The translations under genes were made by a program, and so were the position numbers. The notes beneath the pieces were generated by a model. The model saw only the letters and a program-made list of their open reading frames with translations, did no database searches and was not told the origin of the DNA. From an uncultured Eisenbergiella sp. (GTDB taxonomy: Bacteria > Bacillota > Clostridia > Lachnospirales > Lachnospiraceae): a stretch of 64,000 bases of DNA. The stretch covers positions 11,586 through 75,585 of the forward strand of contig CANQUI010000004.1 of NCBI GenBank assembly GCA_947626995.1. Direction: 5' to 3'. Positions 27,528-38,208 of the stretch are shown one piece after another (within the stretch, counting starts at the first letter, position 1; each line of letters starts with the position of its first letter).

Positions 27528-27933
27528 AGATAACAGTATCGGTGTGGTAATGGAATCTCTGATGAAGGGCGCAGAGGCCGTATTTTCCACAAAAACGGTG
27601 GTGGGAGAGGCCACAAAGATCGAGGACACGTATATCATTCCCATCGTGGACGTTTCTGTGGGCATGGGAGCGGGCGCCTTTTCCGGAGACGGCAAAGACA
27701 AAAATAAGAGCAACGGGGGCGGAGGCATGAGCGGGAAAATGTCCGCCAGCGCCGTGCTTTTGATCCGGAACGGGATGACGCGGCTGGTCAATATCAAGAA
27801 TCAGGACGGCGTGACCAAAATCCTGGATATGATTCCGGATCTGGTGGAGCGTTTTACGACCAAAAAGGAGCAGGAGCAGATGCCGGACGACGAAACGGCC
27901 GTAAAGACGGCCTTTCCGGATGAGGAAGCCTGA
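27508..27933 (+). CDS. GerW/YtfJ family sporulation protein
   Basis: TKTVVGE...IIPIVDVSVGMGAG...GGGG...SASAVLLI. Confidence 0.88.
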   Translation: MEMAANKDNSIGVVMESLMKGAEAVFSTKTVVGEATKIEDTYIIPIVDVSVGMGAGAFSGDGKDKNKSNGGGGMSGKMSASAVLLIRNGMTRLVNIKNQDGVTKILDMIPDLVERFTTKKEQEQMPDDETAVKTAFPDEEA

Positions 27934-27996
27934 AATCTGCATGTTTTTTTGAAAACTGCATATCATATAACAAGGAAGCATGAGGAGCGTAGTCGG

Positions 27997-28143
27997 ATGT
28001 GTCGAATCATCGCGTTTGCCGTTTTCTGTGTGGCGATCGGGATGCTGCTCATGCTCCTTTTTCGTTACCGTGTGTTTGGCGCGCTGTGCGCCCTTGTTCT
28101 GCTTGTGGTGAGTTATTGTATCTTTTCCATGGAAGATCACTGA
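27997..28143 (+). CDS. Small hydrophobic two-TM protein (48 aa)
   Basis: MCRIIAFAVFCVAIGMLLMLLFRYRVFGALCALVLLVVSYCIFSMEDH; RBS GAGGAG; terminator-like hairpin follows. Confidence 0.65.
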   Translation: MCRIIAFAVFCVAIGMLLMLLFRYRVFGALCALVLLVVSYCIFSMEDH

Positions 28144-28164
28144 CCCGGCGCCGGGCTTTTTTGC

Positions 28165-28192
28165 AAAAAAAAAGCGCCACATGATGTGACGC
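28165..28192 (-). terminator. rpmB intrinsic terminator (back-to-back with a + strand terminator at about 28144-28162)
   Basis: Minus strand GCGTCACA-TCA-TGTGGCGC-T9; plus strand CCCG-GCGC-CGGG-CTTTTTT. Confidence 0.75.
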
Positions 28193-28199
28193 CTTCCGT

Positions 28200-28385
28200 T
28201 TAGGCTCTTTCCACTCTGCCGGATTTTAAGCAGCTTGTGCAGACATGCATCCGTTTTGCACCGCCGTTGACTTTGCACTTAACGCTTCTTACGTTGGAAT
28301 TCCAGATCCGGTTGGATCTTCTATGGGAATGGCTTACTTTATTACCGAAATGAGCGCCCTTGCCACAAATATCGCATTTCGCCAT
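28200..28385 (-). CDS. rpmB: 50S ribosomal protein L28
   Basis: MAKCDICGKGAHFGNKVSHSHRRSNRIWNSNV...CTSCLKSG. Confidence 0.97.
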   Translation of the reverse strand: MAKCDICGKGAHFGNKVSHSHRRSNRIWNSNVRSVKCKVNGGAKRMHVCTSCLKSGRVERA

Positions 28386-28433
28386 GATTGCACCTCCTCA
28401 ACCCAGATTGGTCGTTTGACTGACAACAGTAGT

Positions 28434-28462
28434 ATGATACCAGAATTTATTTCGTTTGGCAA
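28434..28462 (-). promoter_or_regulatory. SigA-type promoter for rpmB
   Basis: Minus strand TTGCCA - 17 bp - TATCAT. Confidence 0.65.
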
Positions 28463-28566
28463 GCAAAATATCCGCTTTTTTTTAAAAAGTTAAATTCCAT
28501 ATTCCCTTTTTCGCAGAAAGCGGTTATAATAGTTTTGAATTTTATCGGGTAAAGGAGGTTTGCCAT

Positions 28567-28923
28567 ATGAAGGGATCATCAATGACCACCCACATGGGAA
28601 ACATTACGATTGACCGTGATGTGATTGCGCAGTATGCCGGGACGATTGCGATGGAGTGCTTTGGAATTGTGGGCATGGGTGTTTCGGTCAAAGGCGGTCT
28701 GGTCAAGCTTTTGAAACGGGACAGCATTACCAAGGGGATCGGCGTGAGCCTGAACAATCATAAGCTGGTGCTGGACTTTCATGTGATCGTTGCCTATGGC
28801 GTGAGCATTATCGCGGTAGCGGATAATCTAATCAGCAATGTCAAATATAAACTGGAAGATTTAACCGGCATAGAAATAGAAAAGATCAACATCTATGTGG
28901 AAGGTGTACGAGTGATTGATTAA
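28567..28923 (+). CDS. Asp23/Gls24 family protein (YloU-like)
   Basis: GNITIDRDVIAQYAG..AMECFGIVGM...HVIVAYGVSI...NIYVEGVRV. Confidence 0.92.
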   Translation: MKGSSMTTHMGNITIDRDVIAQYAGTIAMECFGIVGMGVSVKGGLVKLLKRDSITKGIGVSLNNHKLVLDFHVIVAYGVSIIAVADNLISNVKYKLEDLTGIEIEKINIYVEGVRVID

Positions 28924-28937
28924 GGAGGAGCGAAACT

Positions 28938-30638
28938 GTGGCTGTAAACACGATAGACGCTAAGATGCTCGCGAAGATGTTCTTAGCCGGCGCCAAGAAT
29001 CTGGAAAGCAAGAAAGAGTGGATCAACGAGCTGAACGTATTTCCCGTTCCCGACGGGGATACCGGGACCAACATGACGCTGACGATCATGTCGGCGGCAA
29101 AGGATGTGGCGGCGATGGACGCGCGCAACGATTTGGACATGCCGTCCCTGGCAAAGGCCATTTCCTCCGGTTCCTTAAGAGGCGCCAGGGGAAATTCCGG
29201 CGTAATCCTGTCCCAGCTGTTCCGCGGCTTTACCAAAGTGATCCGCGACTGTGAAAAAATTGACATTCCCACGCTGGCGCGGGCGGGAGAACGCGCGGTG
29301 GAGACGGCGTATAAGGCGGTGATGAAACCGAAGGAAGGCACGATCCTGACCGTGGCCAAGGGCGCGTCCTTAAAGGCCAGAGAGCTGGCGGACGCCGGGG
29401 AGACCGATCTGGAAACCTTTCTTGGCGCCATCATCGAGCAGGCGGAATTTGTCTTAAGCCAGACGCCGGAAATGCTGCCCGTCTTAAAGCAGGCCGGCGT
29501 AGTGGATTCCGGCGGCCAGGGACTGCTTCAGGTCCTCAAAGGGGCTTACGAGGCGTATATGGGCAAGGAGGTTGATTTTTCTTTCGACGGCGCCACGACT
29601 ACGGCGGGGGCCCCGTTTGCCGCATCCAGCGCCAGGGCGCAGGCGGAGGCAGAGATCCGGTTCGGCTACTGCACCGAATTTATCATTCTGCTGAACCGTA
29701 CCTTTAACGTCCGGCAGGAAAAGGATTTTAAAGACTATCTGGAATCCATCGGCGATTCTATCGTACTGGTGGCGGACGATGATGTCGTGAAGGTTCACGT
29801 ACATACCAACGATCCGGGCCTTGCGATCCAGAGGGCTTTAAAATACGGCGCGCTTTCCAATATGAAGATCGACAATATGCGGCTGGAGCATCATGAAAAG
29901 GTCATCAAAATGAGCGAGAAAGCGCAGACGGAGGCGCAGGAACAAAAAACAGTCCAAAGCAAGCCTGCCGCCGAACGGAAAGAGAACGGCTTTATCGCCG
30001 TTTCCGCAGGCGACGGAATCCATGCGATCTTTCAGGAGCTGGGAGTGGACCATATCATCGAGGGCGGTCAGACGATGAATCCCAGCACGGAGGATATGTT
30101 AAACGCCATCGACCAGGTAAATGCGGACACGGTATTCATCCTGCCCAACAATAAGAATATCATTCTGGCCGCCAATCAGGCCAAATATATGAACGAGGAC
30201 AAGCGTATTATCGTAATCCCCACCAAAACCATCGCCCAGGGCATTACGGCTGTGATCAATTTTGCGCCGGATCTTTCGCCGGAGGAAAACGAGGCCGTTA
30301 TGACAGAGGCCATCGGTTCCGTCAAGACCGGCGAGGTCACCTATGCGGTGCGGGATACCGCCATCGAGGATTATGAAATCCGGCAGGGCGACTATATGGG
30401 CATCGGCGACAGCGGTATTTTATCGGTGGGCCGGTCGGTTGCGGACGTGACCGCCGAAATGATCCGGCAGATGATGGATGACACAATGGAGCTGATCAGC
30501 ATTTATTACGGCGCGGACGTCGCCCAGGAGGACGCGGAGGAGCTCGCCGGACAGGTGACGGAGCAATATCCTTCCTGCGATGTGGAGCTGCAATACGGAG
30601 GTCAGCCGATTTACTACTATATTGTTTCCGTGGAGTGA
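28938..30638 (+). CDS. DAK2-domain fatty acid kinase catalytic subunit (YloV/FakA-like)
   Basis: LNVFPVPDGDTGTNM, GARGNSGVILSQ, VDSGG, FGYCTE, GGQTMNPS. Confidence 0.94.
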   Translation: MAVNTIDAKMLAKMFLAGAKNLESKKEWINELNVFPVPDGDTGTNMTLTIMSAAKDVAAMDARNDLDMPSLAKAISSGSLRGARGNSGVILSQLFRGFTKVIRDCEKIDIPTLARAGERAVETAYKAVMKPKEGTILTVAKGASLKARELADAGETDLETFLGAIIEQAEFVLSQTPEMLPVLKQAGVVDSGGQGLLQVLKGAYEAYMGKEVDFSFDGATTTAGAPFAASSARAQAEAEIRFGYCTEFIILLNRTFNVRQEKDFKDYLESIGDSIVLVADDDVVKVHVHTNDPGLAIQRALKYGALSNMKIDNMRLEHHEKVIKMSEKAQTEAQEQKTVQSKPAAERKENGFIAVSAGDGIHAIFQELGVDHIIEGGQTMNPSTEDMLNAIDQVNADTVFILPNNKNIILAANQAKYMNEDKRIIVIPTKTIAQGITAVINFAPDLSPEENEAVMTEAIGSVKTGEVTYAVRDTAIEDYEIRQGDYMGIGDSGILSVGRSVADVTAEMIRQMMDDTMELISIYYGADVAQEDAEELAGQVTEQYPSCDVELQYGGQPIYYYIVSVE

Positions 30639-30647
30639 CCGTACTTT

Positions 30648-32681
30648 ATGAACATGCAGGATTCCATGAACGATTTGAAAGGCGTAGGGGTTAAAACCGC
30701 TGCGCTTTTTTCAAAACTGCATATCGACACCATCGGTCAGTTGATCCGTTATTATCCCAGGGATTATGACCATTTTGACGCTCCTGTGGCCGTACGGGAG
30801 CTGGTCGCAGGAAAGGTCATGGCAATACGGGCCCGGGTGACGGCTTCTCCCTCTATGGTCCGGGCAAAGGGGTTTGTCATTACCCATGCCAATGTCTCGG
30901 ACGAATCGGGGGCCATGCGGCTGACCTGGTTTCGGATGCCTTACATCCGAAACGCGCTCAAACCGGGGACCGTACATGTTTTTCGGGGACTGGTCAAAAA
31001 GGATGGGAACGGGCAGCCGGTGATGGAGCATCCGAGGATGTTTTCAGAAGAACAGTACCAATCTGTCTGCGGCAGCTGGCAGCCCAAATATCCTCTTACG
31101 GCAGGGATCACCAACCATATGATCCAAAAATACATGAAACAGGCGCTTTCGGCGCTGTCCATACAGGATTATCTGCCGGCGCAGCTGCAAAAGACGTATG
31201 GTCTGATCCCCCTTTCGGACGCTCTTGAGCGGATTCATTTTCCCCAAAACGAAACAGAGGTCAGAGCGGCGAGACGCCGGCTTGTTTTTGATGAATTTTT
31301 GTCCTTTCTGGTGCAGATCAGACAGGAAAAGGTGATCAACGAGCAGGTGATCGTAGATCATCCGATGGTGCCGGTATCGGATACGGCGCGCCTCATCGAC
31401 GCGCTGCCTTATCGGCTGACGGGCGCGCAGCAGCGGGTCTGGGGCGAGATCGAGAAGGATCTGCAGCAGCACGTGGCCATGAATCGCCTGATCCAGGGGG
31501 ATGTGGGCAGCGGAAAAACCATATTGGCTTTTCTGGCGCTGCTTATGTGCAGCCAAAACGGCAGGCAGGGATGTCTGATGGCGCCCACAGAGGTCCTGGC
31601 GATCCAGCATTACGAGGCGCTTCTTTCCCTTGCCGAACAATACGAGCTGGAGGTGCATCCTGTTTTGCTCACCGGCTCCATGAGTGCGAAACAAAAAAAG
31701 GAAATTTATGAAAAGACGGCCTCCGGCGAGGCGGATATCCTGATCGGAACGCACGCGCTGATCCAGGAGGGCGTGCATTACCGCAATCTGGCGCTGGTGG
31801 TGACGGACGAACAGCACCGTTTCGGCGTGCGGCAGCGGGAAGCGCTGGCCAACAAAGGCGACGGCGTGCATCTGCTTGTCATGAGCGCCACGCCCATTCC
31901 CCGGACGCTGGCCATGGTGCTTTACGGCGATCTGCATGTTTCTGTTTTGGACGAAATGCCGCAAAACCGTCTGCCCATCAAAAACTGCGTGGTGGACCCG
32001 TCCTTCCGCAAAAAAGCGTACGCTTTTTTGAAATCCCAGGTCGCGGCGGGAAGGCAGGCCTATGTGATCTGTCCCATGGTAGAAGAGGGCGATTGGGAAG
32101 GTGTGGAAAACGTCACGGACTACACAAAAAAGCTGTCCCTTGCGCTGCCGGATCCCATTCGGATTTCCGCGCTGCACGGGAAAATGAAAGCGGCAAAGAA
32201 ACAGCAGATTATGGAGGATTTTGCCGCCCATCGGATTGATATTCTGGTGTCCACCACCGTCATCGAGGTGGGAATCGACGTGCCCAACGCCACCGTGATG
32301 CTGGTGGAAAACGCGGAGCGTTTTGGCCTGGCGCAGCTGCATCAGCTTCGCGGCCGGGTCGGACGGGGAAAGCAACAGAGCTTTTGCATCTTTATGACCG
32401 GCGATGAGAGCGGGGCAAACAACAAACGGCTGGAGGTGCTCAGCCGTTCCAACGACGGATTTTACATTGCCAACGAGGATCTGAAGCTGCGCGGCCCCGG
32501 CGATCTGTTCGGAATCCGTCAAAGCGGCGCGCTGGACTTTTCTCTGGGCGACATCTATCAGGATTCGGATGTGCTTTTAAACGCCGGCGAACTGGCGCAG
32601 CAGGTGGTTGCAGGAAAGGTCACGCTTTTGAAAGAAGGAGCGGGACTGTTTGAAAAACAGATCGATTACCGCACGATCTAA
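30648..32681 (+). CDS. recG: ATP-dependent DNA helicase RecG
   Basis: QGDVGSGKT, TDEQHRFG, MSATPIPRTL, QLHQLRGRVGRG, DLKLRGPG. Confidence 0.97.
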   Translation: MNMQDSMNDLKGVGVKTAALFSKLHIDTIGQLIRYYPRDYDHFDAPVAVRELVAGKVMAIRARVTASPSMVRAKGFVITHANVSDESGAMRLTWFRMPYIRNALKPGTVHVFRGLVKKDGNGQPVMEHPRMFSEEQYQSVCGSWQPKYPLTAGITNHMIQKYMKQALSALSIQDYLPAQLQKTYGLIPLSDALERIHFPQNETEVRAARRRLVFDEFLSFLVQIRQEKVINEQVIVDHPMVPVSDTARLIDALPYRLTGAQQRVWGEIEKDLQQHVAMNRLIQGDVGSGKTILAFLALLMCSQNGRQGCLMAPTEVLAIQHYEALLSLAEQYELEVHPVLLTGSMSAKQKKEIYEKTASGEADILIGTHALIQEGVHYRNLALVVTDEQHRFGVRQREALANKGDGVHLLVMSATPIPRTLAMVLYGDLHVSVLDEMPQNRLPIKNCVVDPSFRKKAYAFLKSQVAAGRQAYVICPMVEEGDWEGVENVTDYTKKLSLALPDPIRISALHGKMKAAKKQQIMEDFAAHRIDILVSTTVIEVGIDVPNATVMLVENAERFGLAQLHQLRGRVGRGKQQSFCIFMTGDESGANNKRLEVLSRSNDGFYIANEDLKLRGPGDLFGIRQSGALDFSLGDIYQDSDVLLNAGELAQQVVAGKVTLLKEGAGLFEKQIDYRTI

Positions 32682-32722
32682 AAAAACCGAAGGAACACGG
32701 GAGGCGGGCTTTTGGGCCATTC

Positions 32723-32770
32723 CCACAAAATATGGTGCGCCAAACCCCAAAAAACCGCAATTTATGGTGT
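32723..32770. promoter_or_regulatory. Tandem NrdR-like boxes
   Basis: CCACAAAATATGGTGC (32723) and CCGCAATTTATGGTGT (32755), each 12/16 to acaCwAtATaTwGtgt, starts 32 bp apart. Confidence 0.55.
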
Positions 32771-32818
32771 TTTTTCTGAAAATCTGCGTAGAATTTCCTT
32801 TTCAAAATCGAACATACG

Positions 32819-32827
32819 TGTTATAAT
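32819..32827 (+). promoter_or_regulatory. Extended -10 promoter of the topoisomerase operon
   Basis: TG-T-TATAAT, 40 bp upstream of the TTG start. Confidence 0.7.
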
Positions 32828-32867
32828 GATTCCGTGAATTTTTTCGGCAGAAGGAGAGGGAATCACA

Positions 32868-34790
32868 TTGGCAGAAAACCAAACCTACGACGCCTCCAGC
32901 ATCACCGTCCTGGAAGGCCTGGAAGCGGTCCGCAAGCGGCCGGGCATGTATATCGGAAGCGTCTCCACCAAAGGGCTGAATCATCTGATCTATGAGATCG
33001 TGGACAATGCGGTGGACGAGCATCTGGCGGGTTTTTGCAGCCTGATCACCGTCGTTTTGGAAGCGGACGGTTCCGCCACCGTGACCGACAACGGACGCGG
33101 GATTCCCGTGGGCATGCATGAAAAGGGCGTCAGCGCGGAGCGGCTGGTCTTTACCACGCTGCATGCCGGCGGAAAGTTCGATAACGGGGCCTATAAGACC
33201 AGCGGCGGTCTGCATGGGGTCGGTTCTTCCGTGGTAAACGCGCTCTCCTCCAGATTGACCATACAGGTCAAGGACGGGAAACAGATCTATCAGGACAGCT
33301 ATGCGCAGGGAGTTCCCACCACAGAGCTGATCGACGGCCTCCTTCCGGTCATCGGCAAGACCCGGGAGACCGGGACGACCATCAATTTCCTGCCGGACGA
33401 TACGATTTTTGAAAAAACCCGCTTTCGGGAAGAAGAGGTCAAAAGCCGTCTGCATGAGACCGCCTATCTCAATCCCGAGCTGACCATCCGGTTTGAAGAC
33501 CGGCGTCGGGAAGAGCCGGAGATCGTCGAATTCCATGAGCCGGAAGGGATCGTGGGGTATATCAAGGATCTTGACCGTTCCGACGAGCCGGTGACGGATG
33601 TTGTTTATTTTAAGGGAGAAGGCGACGGCATTACGGTGGAATGTGCCTTTCAGTATATCAATGAATTCCACGAGAACGTATTGGGATTTTGCAACAATAT
33701 CTACAATTCGGAGGGCGGGACGCACCTGACCGGATTTAAGACGCAGTTTACCATCATCATCAACAATTATGCCCGGGAGCTCAACATCTTAAAGGAAAAA
33801 GACGCCAATTTTACCGGGGCGGACGTGCGAAACGGCATGACGGCGGTGGTTTCCATCAAGCATCCGGATCCCCGTTTTGAGGGACAGACCAAGACGAAAC
33901 TGGACAATCAGGATGCGGCCAAGATGGTAAGCAAAGTGACGGGAGAAGAGCTGCCCCGTTATTTCGACCGGAATCTGGAGACGTTAAAGAGCGTGATCGG
34001 CTGCGCGGAAAAAGCGGCAAAGATCAGAAAGACCGAGGAGAGGGCCAAGACCAACCTCCTGTCAAAGCAGAAATTTTCCTTCGATTCCAATGGCAAGCTC
34101 GCCAACTGCGAATCCCGGGACGCGTCCAAATGCGAAATTTTTATCGTTGAGGGAGATTCCGCCGGAGGGAGCGCCAAAATGGCCCGCAACCGCATGTATC
34201 AGGCGATTTTGCCCATCCGCGGCAAGATTCTGAACGTGGAGAAGGCCAGCATTGACAAGGTGCTGGCAAACGCCGAGATCAAAACCATGATCAACGCATT
34301 CGGCTGCGGATTCTCTGAGGGCTACGGCAACGATTTCGATATTTCCAAGCTGCGGTATGATAAGATCATCATCATGGCGGATGCGGATGTGGACGGCGCC
34401 CACATTTCCAATCTGCTGCTTACGCTGTTTTACCGGTTCATGCCGGAGCTGATCTTTGAGGGACATATTTATATCGCCATGCCTCCGTTATACAAGGCCA
34501 TGCCTTCCAAAGGCAAGGAGGAATATCTCTATGACGACAAAGCCCTGGAACGCTATCGCAGGCGTCACAAAGGGCCTTTTATCCTGCAGCGTTATAAGGG
34601 TCTGGGTGAAATGGACCCCCAGCAGCTTTGGGAGACCACGTTGGATCCCCAGAACAGGATGTTAAAGCAGGTGGAGATTGAGGACGCCAGACTGGCTTCC
34701 GACGTGACCGCGCTGCTGATGGGCACGGAGGTGCCGCCCAGAAGGGATTTTATCTATCAAAATGCGACGGACGCTCAGCTGGATATCTGA
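32868..34790 (+). CDS. parE: Type IIA topoisomerase B subunit (topo IV ParE-like)
   Basis: GLEAVRKRPGMYIG, EIVDNAVDE, SGGLHGVG, VEGDSAGG, PIRGKILNV, DADVDG, RYKGLGEM. Confidence 0.85.
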   Translation: MAENQTYDASSITVLEGLEAVRKRPGMYIGSVSTKGLNHLIYEIVDNAVDEHLAGFCSLITVVLEADGSATVTDNGRGIPVGMHEKGVSAERLVFTTLHAGGKFDNGAYKTSGGLHGVGSSVVNALSSRLTIQVKDGKQIYQDSYAQGVPTTELIDGLLPVIGKTRETGTTINFLPDDTIFEKTRFREEEVKSRLHETAYLNPELTIRFEDRRREEPEIVEFHEPEGIVGYIKDLDRSDEPVTDVVYFKGEGDGITVECAFQYINEFHENVLGFCNNIYNSEGGTHLTGFKTQFTIIINNYARELNILKEKDANFTGADVRNGMTAVVSIKHPDPRFEGQTKTKLDNQDAAKMVSKVTGEELPRYFDRNLETLKSVIGCAEKAAKIRKTEERAKTNLLSKQKFSFDSNGKLANCESRDASKCEIFIVEGDSAGGSAKMARNRMYQAILPIRGKILNVEKASIDKVLANAEIKTMINAFGCGFSEGYGNDFDISKLRYDKIIIMADADVDGAHISNLLLTLFYRFMPELIFEGHIYIAMPPLYKAMPSKGKEEYLYDDKALERYRRRHKGPFILQRYKGLGEMDPQQLWETTLDPQNRMLKQVEIEDARLASDVTALLMGTEVPPRRDFIYQNATDAQLDI

Positions 34791-34829
34791 CGCTTTTTTA
34801 GGATGCCGTTTTAAGAAGGATGGACAAAG

Positions 34830-37067
34830 ATGGATGATCGGATCATAAAAACAGAGTATTCCGAGGTGATGCAAAAGTCCTTTATCGACTATGCGATGAG
34901 CGTCATCATTTCCCGGGCGCTTCCCGACGTGCGGGACGGGTTAAAACCGGTACAGCGCAGAGTGCTTTACGATATGTACGAGCTGGGGATCCGCCCCGAC
35001 AGGCCGTATCGAAAAAGCGCGCGTATCGTGGGCGACACCATGGGCAAATACCATCCCCACGGGGACAGCTCCATTTATGAGGCATTGGTGGTGCTGGCCC
35101 AGGATTTTAAAAAAGCGCAGCCGCTGGTAGACGGACACGGCAATTTCGGCAATATTGAGGGGGACGGCGCGGCCGCCATGCGTTATACGGAGGCGCGCCT
35201 GCATAAAATCACGCAGGATGCGTTCCTGGCGGACCTGGATAAGGACGTGGTGGATTTTACCCCCAACTTTGACGAAACGGAGCAGGAGCCCACGGTGCTT
35301 CCCTGCCGGTTCCCCAACCTTTTGGTCAACGGTTCCGAGGGCATTGCCGTGGGGATGGCCACCAGCATCCCTCCGCACAATCTGGCGGAAGTCATTGACG
35401 CCGTGAAGGCGTATATGCTCGATGAAAACATCTCCACCAGGGAGCTGATGCGCTATATTCAGGGGCCGGATTTTCCCACCGGCGGCATCGTCACAAACCG
35501 GGACGAGCTTTTGTCGATCTATGAAACCGGCGTGGGCAAGATCAAGATCAGAGGGCGGGTGGAGACGGAAAAAGGGCGCGCCGGCCGCACCAATGTGGTC
35601 ATCACCCAGATTCCCTATCCCATGATCGGCGCCAACATCGGAAAATTTTTATCCGATGTGGCGGCCCTTTCCGAGAGCAAAAAGACCGGCGACATTGTGG
35701 ATATTTCCAACCAGTCTTCCAAAGAGGGCATCCGGATCGTCATCGAGCTGAAAAAGGACGCGGATGTGGATCATTTTATCCGTATGCTCTATAAAAAAAC
35801 CCGGCTGGAGGATACCTTCGGCGTCAATATGCTCGCCATCTGCAACGGCCGGCCGGAGACCATGGGGCTAAAGCAGATCATACAGGCCAGCGTGGACTTT
35901 CAGTTTGAGGTCAACCGGCGCAAGTATGAAACCCTTCTGGAAAAAGAACAGGCAAGACGGGAGGTGCAGGAGGGGCTGATCAAAGCCTGCAACGTCATCG
36001 ATCTGATCATCGAGATCCTGCGCGGCTGTAAGGACAGAGCCATGGCCAAAGCCTGTCTGGTGGACGGCGTGACCGACGGCGTCCGGTTTAAGTCAAAGGA
36101 GTCCGCCGTTATGGCCGGTTACCTTCGTTTCACGGAAAAACAGGCCGACGCGATTCTGGACATGCGCCTGTATAAGCTCATCGGTCTGGAAATCGAGGCG
36201 CTTGTCAAAGAGCATGAGGAGACGCTGGCCAACATCTATCGCTACGAGGATATTCTGGAACGCAAAAGCTCCATGGCGCAGGTCATCATGAACGAACTGG
36301 ACGCCATCCGGAAAGAATTTTCGGTCAAGCGCAAGACGGTGATCGACAACTGCGAAGATGTGGTCTTTGAGGAAAAGAAAATAGAGGAAATGGATCTGTA
36401 CTGCCTGATCGACCGGTTCGGATACTGCAGGACCGTTGACGTGTCCGTCTTTGAACGCAATCAGGAGGCGGTATCCGCCGAGAACAGATTCTTCTTTCGC
36501 TGTAAAAATACCGGACGGATCTGTCTGTTTACGAATACGGGGCAGCTGTATACGGTAAAGGTTTCTGATCTGCCCCTGGGCAAACTGCGGGACAAGGGCG
36601 TTCCGCTGGATAATGTCAGTCATTATGATTCCACAAAGGAACGGCTTTTGCTGGCAGTCAGCCAGAGCGACCTCAATCTGTACCGGATTTTGTTTGTCAC
36701 CAGACAGGCGATGGCCAAGATTGTGGACGGCGGGGAGTTCGACGTGACCAAAAAGGCCGTATCGGCGACCAAGCTGGCCGATCAGGACGAACTGGCGGAC
36801 GTCACCGTATACAAAGAGCAAAAGAACGTGATCCTTCAGTCAAAGAACGGATATTTCCTGCGCTTTTTGGTCAGCGAAATTCCGGAGAAGAAAAAGGCTG
36901 CCATCGGCGTACGGGCGATGAAGCTTCTTGCGGGAGACGAGATCGAAGCGGTATATTATACGAAAAACACGGACGAAACGGCGATTTCCTACAAAGACCG
37001 GACGCTTGTGCTCAATCAGCTTCGGGCCGCCGGCCGCGATTCCAGGGGAACAAAAGTTAGAGGTTGA
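34830..37067 (+). CDS. parC: Type IIA topoisomerase A subunit (topo IV ParC-like)
   Basis: [34 protein letters not shown] catalytic Tyr; short CTD with no QxRGGKG GyrA box. Confidence 0.85.
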   Translation: MDDRIIKTEYSEVMQKSFIDYAMSVIISRALPDVRDGLKPVQRRVLYDMYELGIRPDRPYRKSARIVGDTMGKYHPHGDSSIYEALVVLAQDFKKAQPLVDGHGNFGNIEGDGAAAMRYTEARLHKITQDAFLADLDKDVVDFTPNFDETEQEPTVLPCRFPNLLVNGSEGIAVGMATSIPPHNLAEVIDAVKAYMLDENISTRELMRYIQGPDFPTGGIVTNRDELLSIYETGVGKIKIRGRVETEKGRAGRTNVVITQIPYPMIGANIGKFLSDVAALSESKKTGDIVDISNQSSKEGIRIVIELKKDADVDHFIRMLYKKTRLEDTFGVNMLAICNGRPETMGLKQIIQASVDFQFEVNRRKYETLLEKEQARREVQEGLIKACNVIDLIIEILRGCKDRAMAKACLVDGVTDGVRFKSKESAVMAGYLRFTEKQADAILDMRLYKLIGLEIEALVKEHEETLANIYRYEDILERKSSMAQVIMNELDAIRKEFSVKRKTVIDNCEDVVFEEKKIEEMDLYCLIDRFGYCRTVDVSVFERNQEAVSAENRFFFRCKNTGRICLFTNTGQLYTVKVSDLPLGKLRDKGVPLDNVSHYDSTKERLLLAVSQSDLNLYRILFVTRQAMAKIVDGGEFDVTKKAVSATKLADQDELADVTVYKEQKNVILQSKNGYFLRFLVSEIPEKKKAAIGVRAMKLLAGDEIEAVYYTKNTDETAISYKDRTLVLNQLRAAGRDSRGTKVRG

Positions 37068-37124
37068 CCGGCTTTTAAAATTGCGGTACCATATCCATAA
37101 ATGATACAGGAACGGGGTTTTTGT

Positions 37125-37709
37125 ATGAGAGTGATCGCCGGAGAGGCCAGAAGCCTTCCTTTAAAAACGCCCCAGGGCCCGGATACCCGGCCGACCACGG
37201 ACCGGATCAAGGAGACCTTGTTTAATATCCTTCAGTCACGCCTTCCCTGCAATGTGTTTCTGGATCTTTGCAGCGGCAGCGGCGGGATCGGGATCGAAGC
37301 CTTAAGCCGCGGCGCGCGCAGGGCCTATTTTGTGGAAAGCGGAAAGGAAGCGGCGCGCTGTATCGCCGATAATCTGCATTTTACCGGGTTTGAAGACCGC
37401 GCGGTGCTGCTGCGTCAGGACGTGGTGAGCGCGGTTTTGGCGATTCGTGAAAAAGAGGCGGATCTCATTTTCCTGGACCCTCCCTACCGGGCGAATCTGG
37501 AGGAACCGGTGCTGGCAGCGTTATCCGGGATGGCCTATGTCACGCAGCATACGCTTCTTATCGTCGAGGCGGAAAAAAACCGGGATTTTTCATTTTCCCG
37601 GCAATACGGGTTTTATGTCACCCGGGAAAAGATCTATAAAACCAACAAGCATGTATTCTTAATGAGGGACGAAAGCCATGAAAAGGGCCATTTATCCGGG
37701 CAGCTTTGA
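37125..37709 (+). CDS. rsmD: 16S rRNA m2G966 methyltransferase
   Basis: [45 protein letters not shown]. Confidence 0.93.
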   Translation: MRVIAGEARSLPLKTPQGPDTRPTTDRIKETLFNILQSRLPCNVFLDLCSGSGGIGIEALSRGARRAYFVESGKEAARCIADNLHFTGFEDRAVLLRQDVVSAVLAIREKEADLIFLDPPYRANLEEPVLAALSGMAYVTQHTLLIVEAEKNRDFSFSRQYGFYVTREKIYKTNKHVFLMRDESHEKGHLSGQL

Positions 37710-38163
37710 TCCGGTCACATACGGTCATCTTGACATCATCCACAGAGCGGCCTCAATTTTTGACGAATTGACCGTAAGTGTGTTGAATAATAAAGAAAAG
37801 TGTCCATTGTTTTCTGTGGAAGAACGTGTTAAAATGTTGGAGGAAGCGACAAAAGACCTTGCCAATGTCAAGGTGGAATCCTTCAGCGGTCTGCTGATCG
37901 ATTATGCAAAGCGCAAACAGATCCGGGTTTCCGTGCGGGGACTGCGCGCGATCACGGATTTTGAATACGAGCTGCAGATCGCCCAGACTAACAAGCTGTT
38001 GTCGTCAGGGCAGTTGGACACCATTTTTCTGACGACAAGTCTGGAATACGCCTATCTGAGCTCTTCCAGCGTCAAGGAAATCGCCAGCTTCCGGGGTGAT
38101 ATTTCAAAATGCGTCCCCCCTTTTGTGGCCCGTCTGGTATACGAAAAATACGGATATGTCTGA
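37678..38163 (+). CDS. coaD: Phosphopantetheine adenylyltransferase
   Basis: [35 protein letters not shown]. Confidence 0.97.
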   Translation: MKRAIYPGSFDPVTYGHLDIIHRAASIFDELTVSVLNNKEKCPLFSVEERVKMLEEATKDLANVKVESFSGLLIDYAKRKQIRVSVRGLRAITDFEYELQIAQTNKLLSSGQLDTIFLTTSLEYAYLSSSSVKEIASFRGDISKCVPPFVARLVYEKYGYV

Positions 38164-38208
38164 GGACCCGAGCAAACATCAATCGCTTCGTGCAGAAAAG
38201 AGGAGAGA

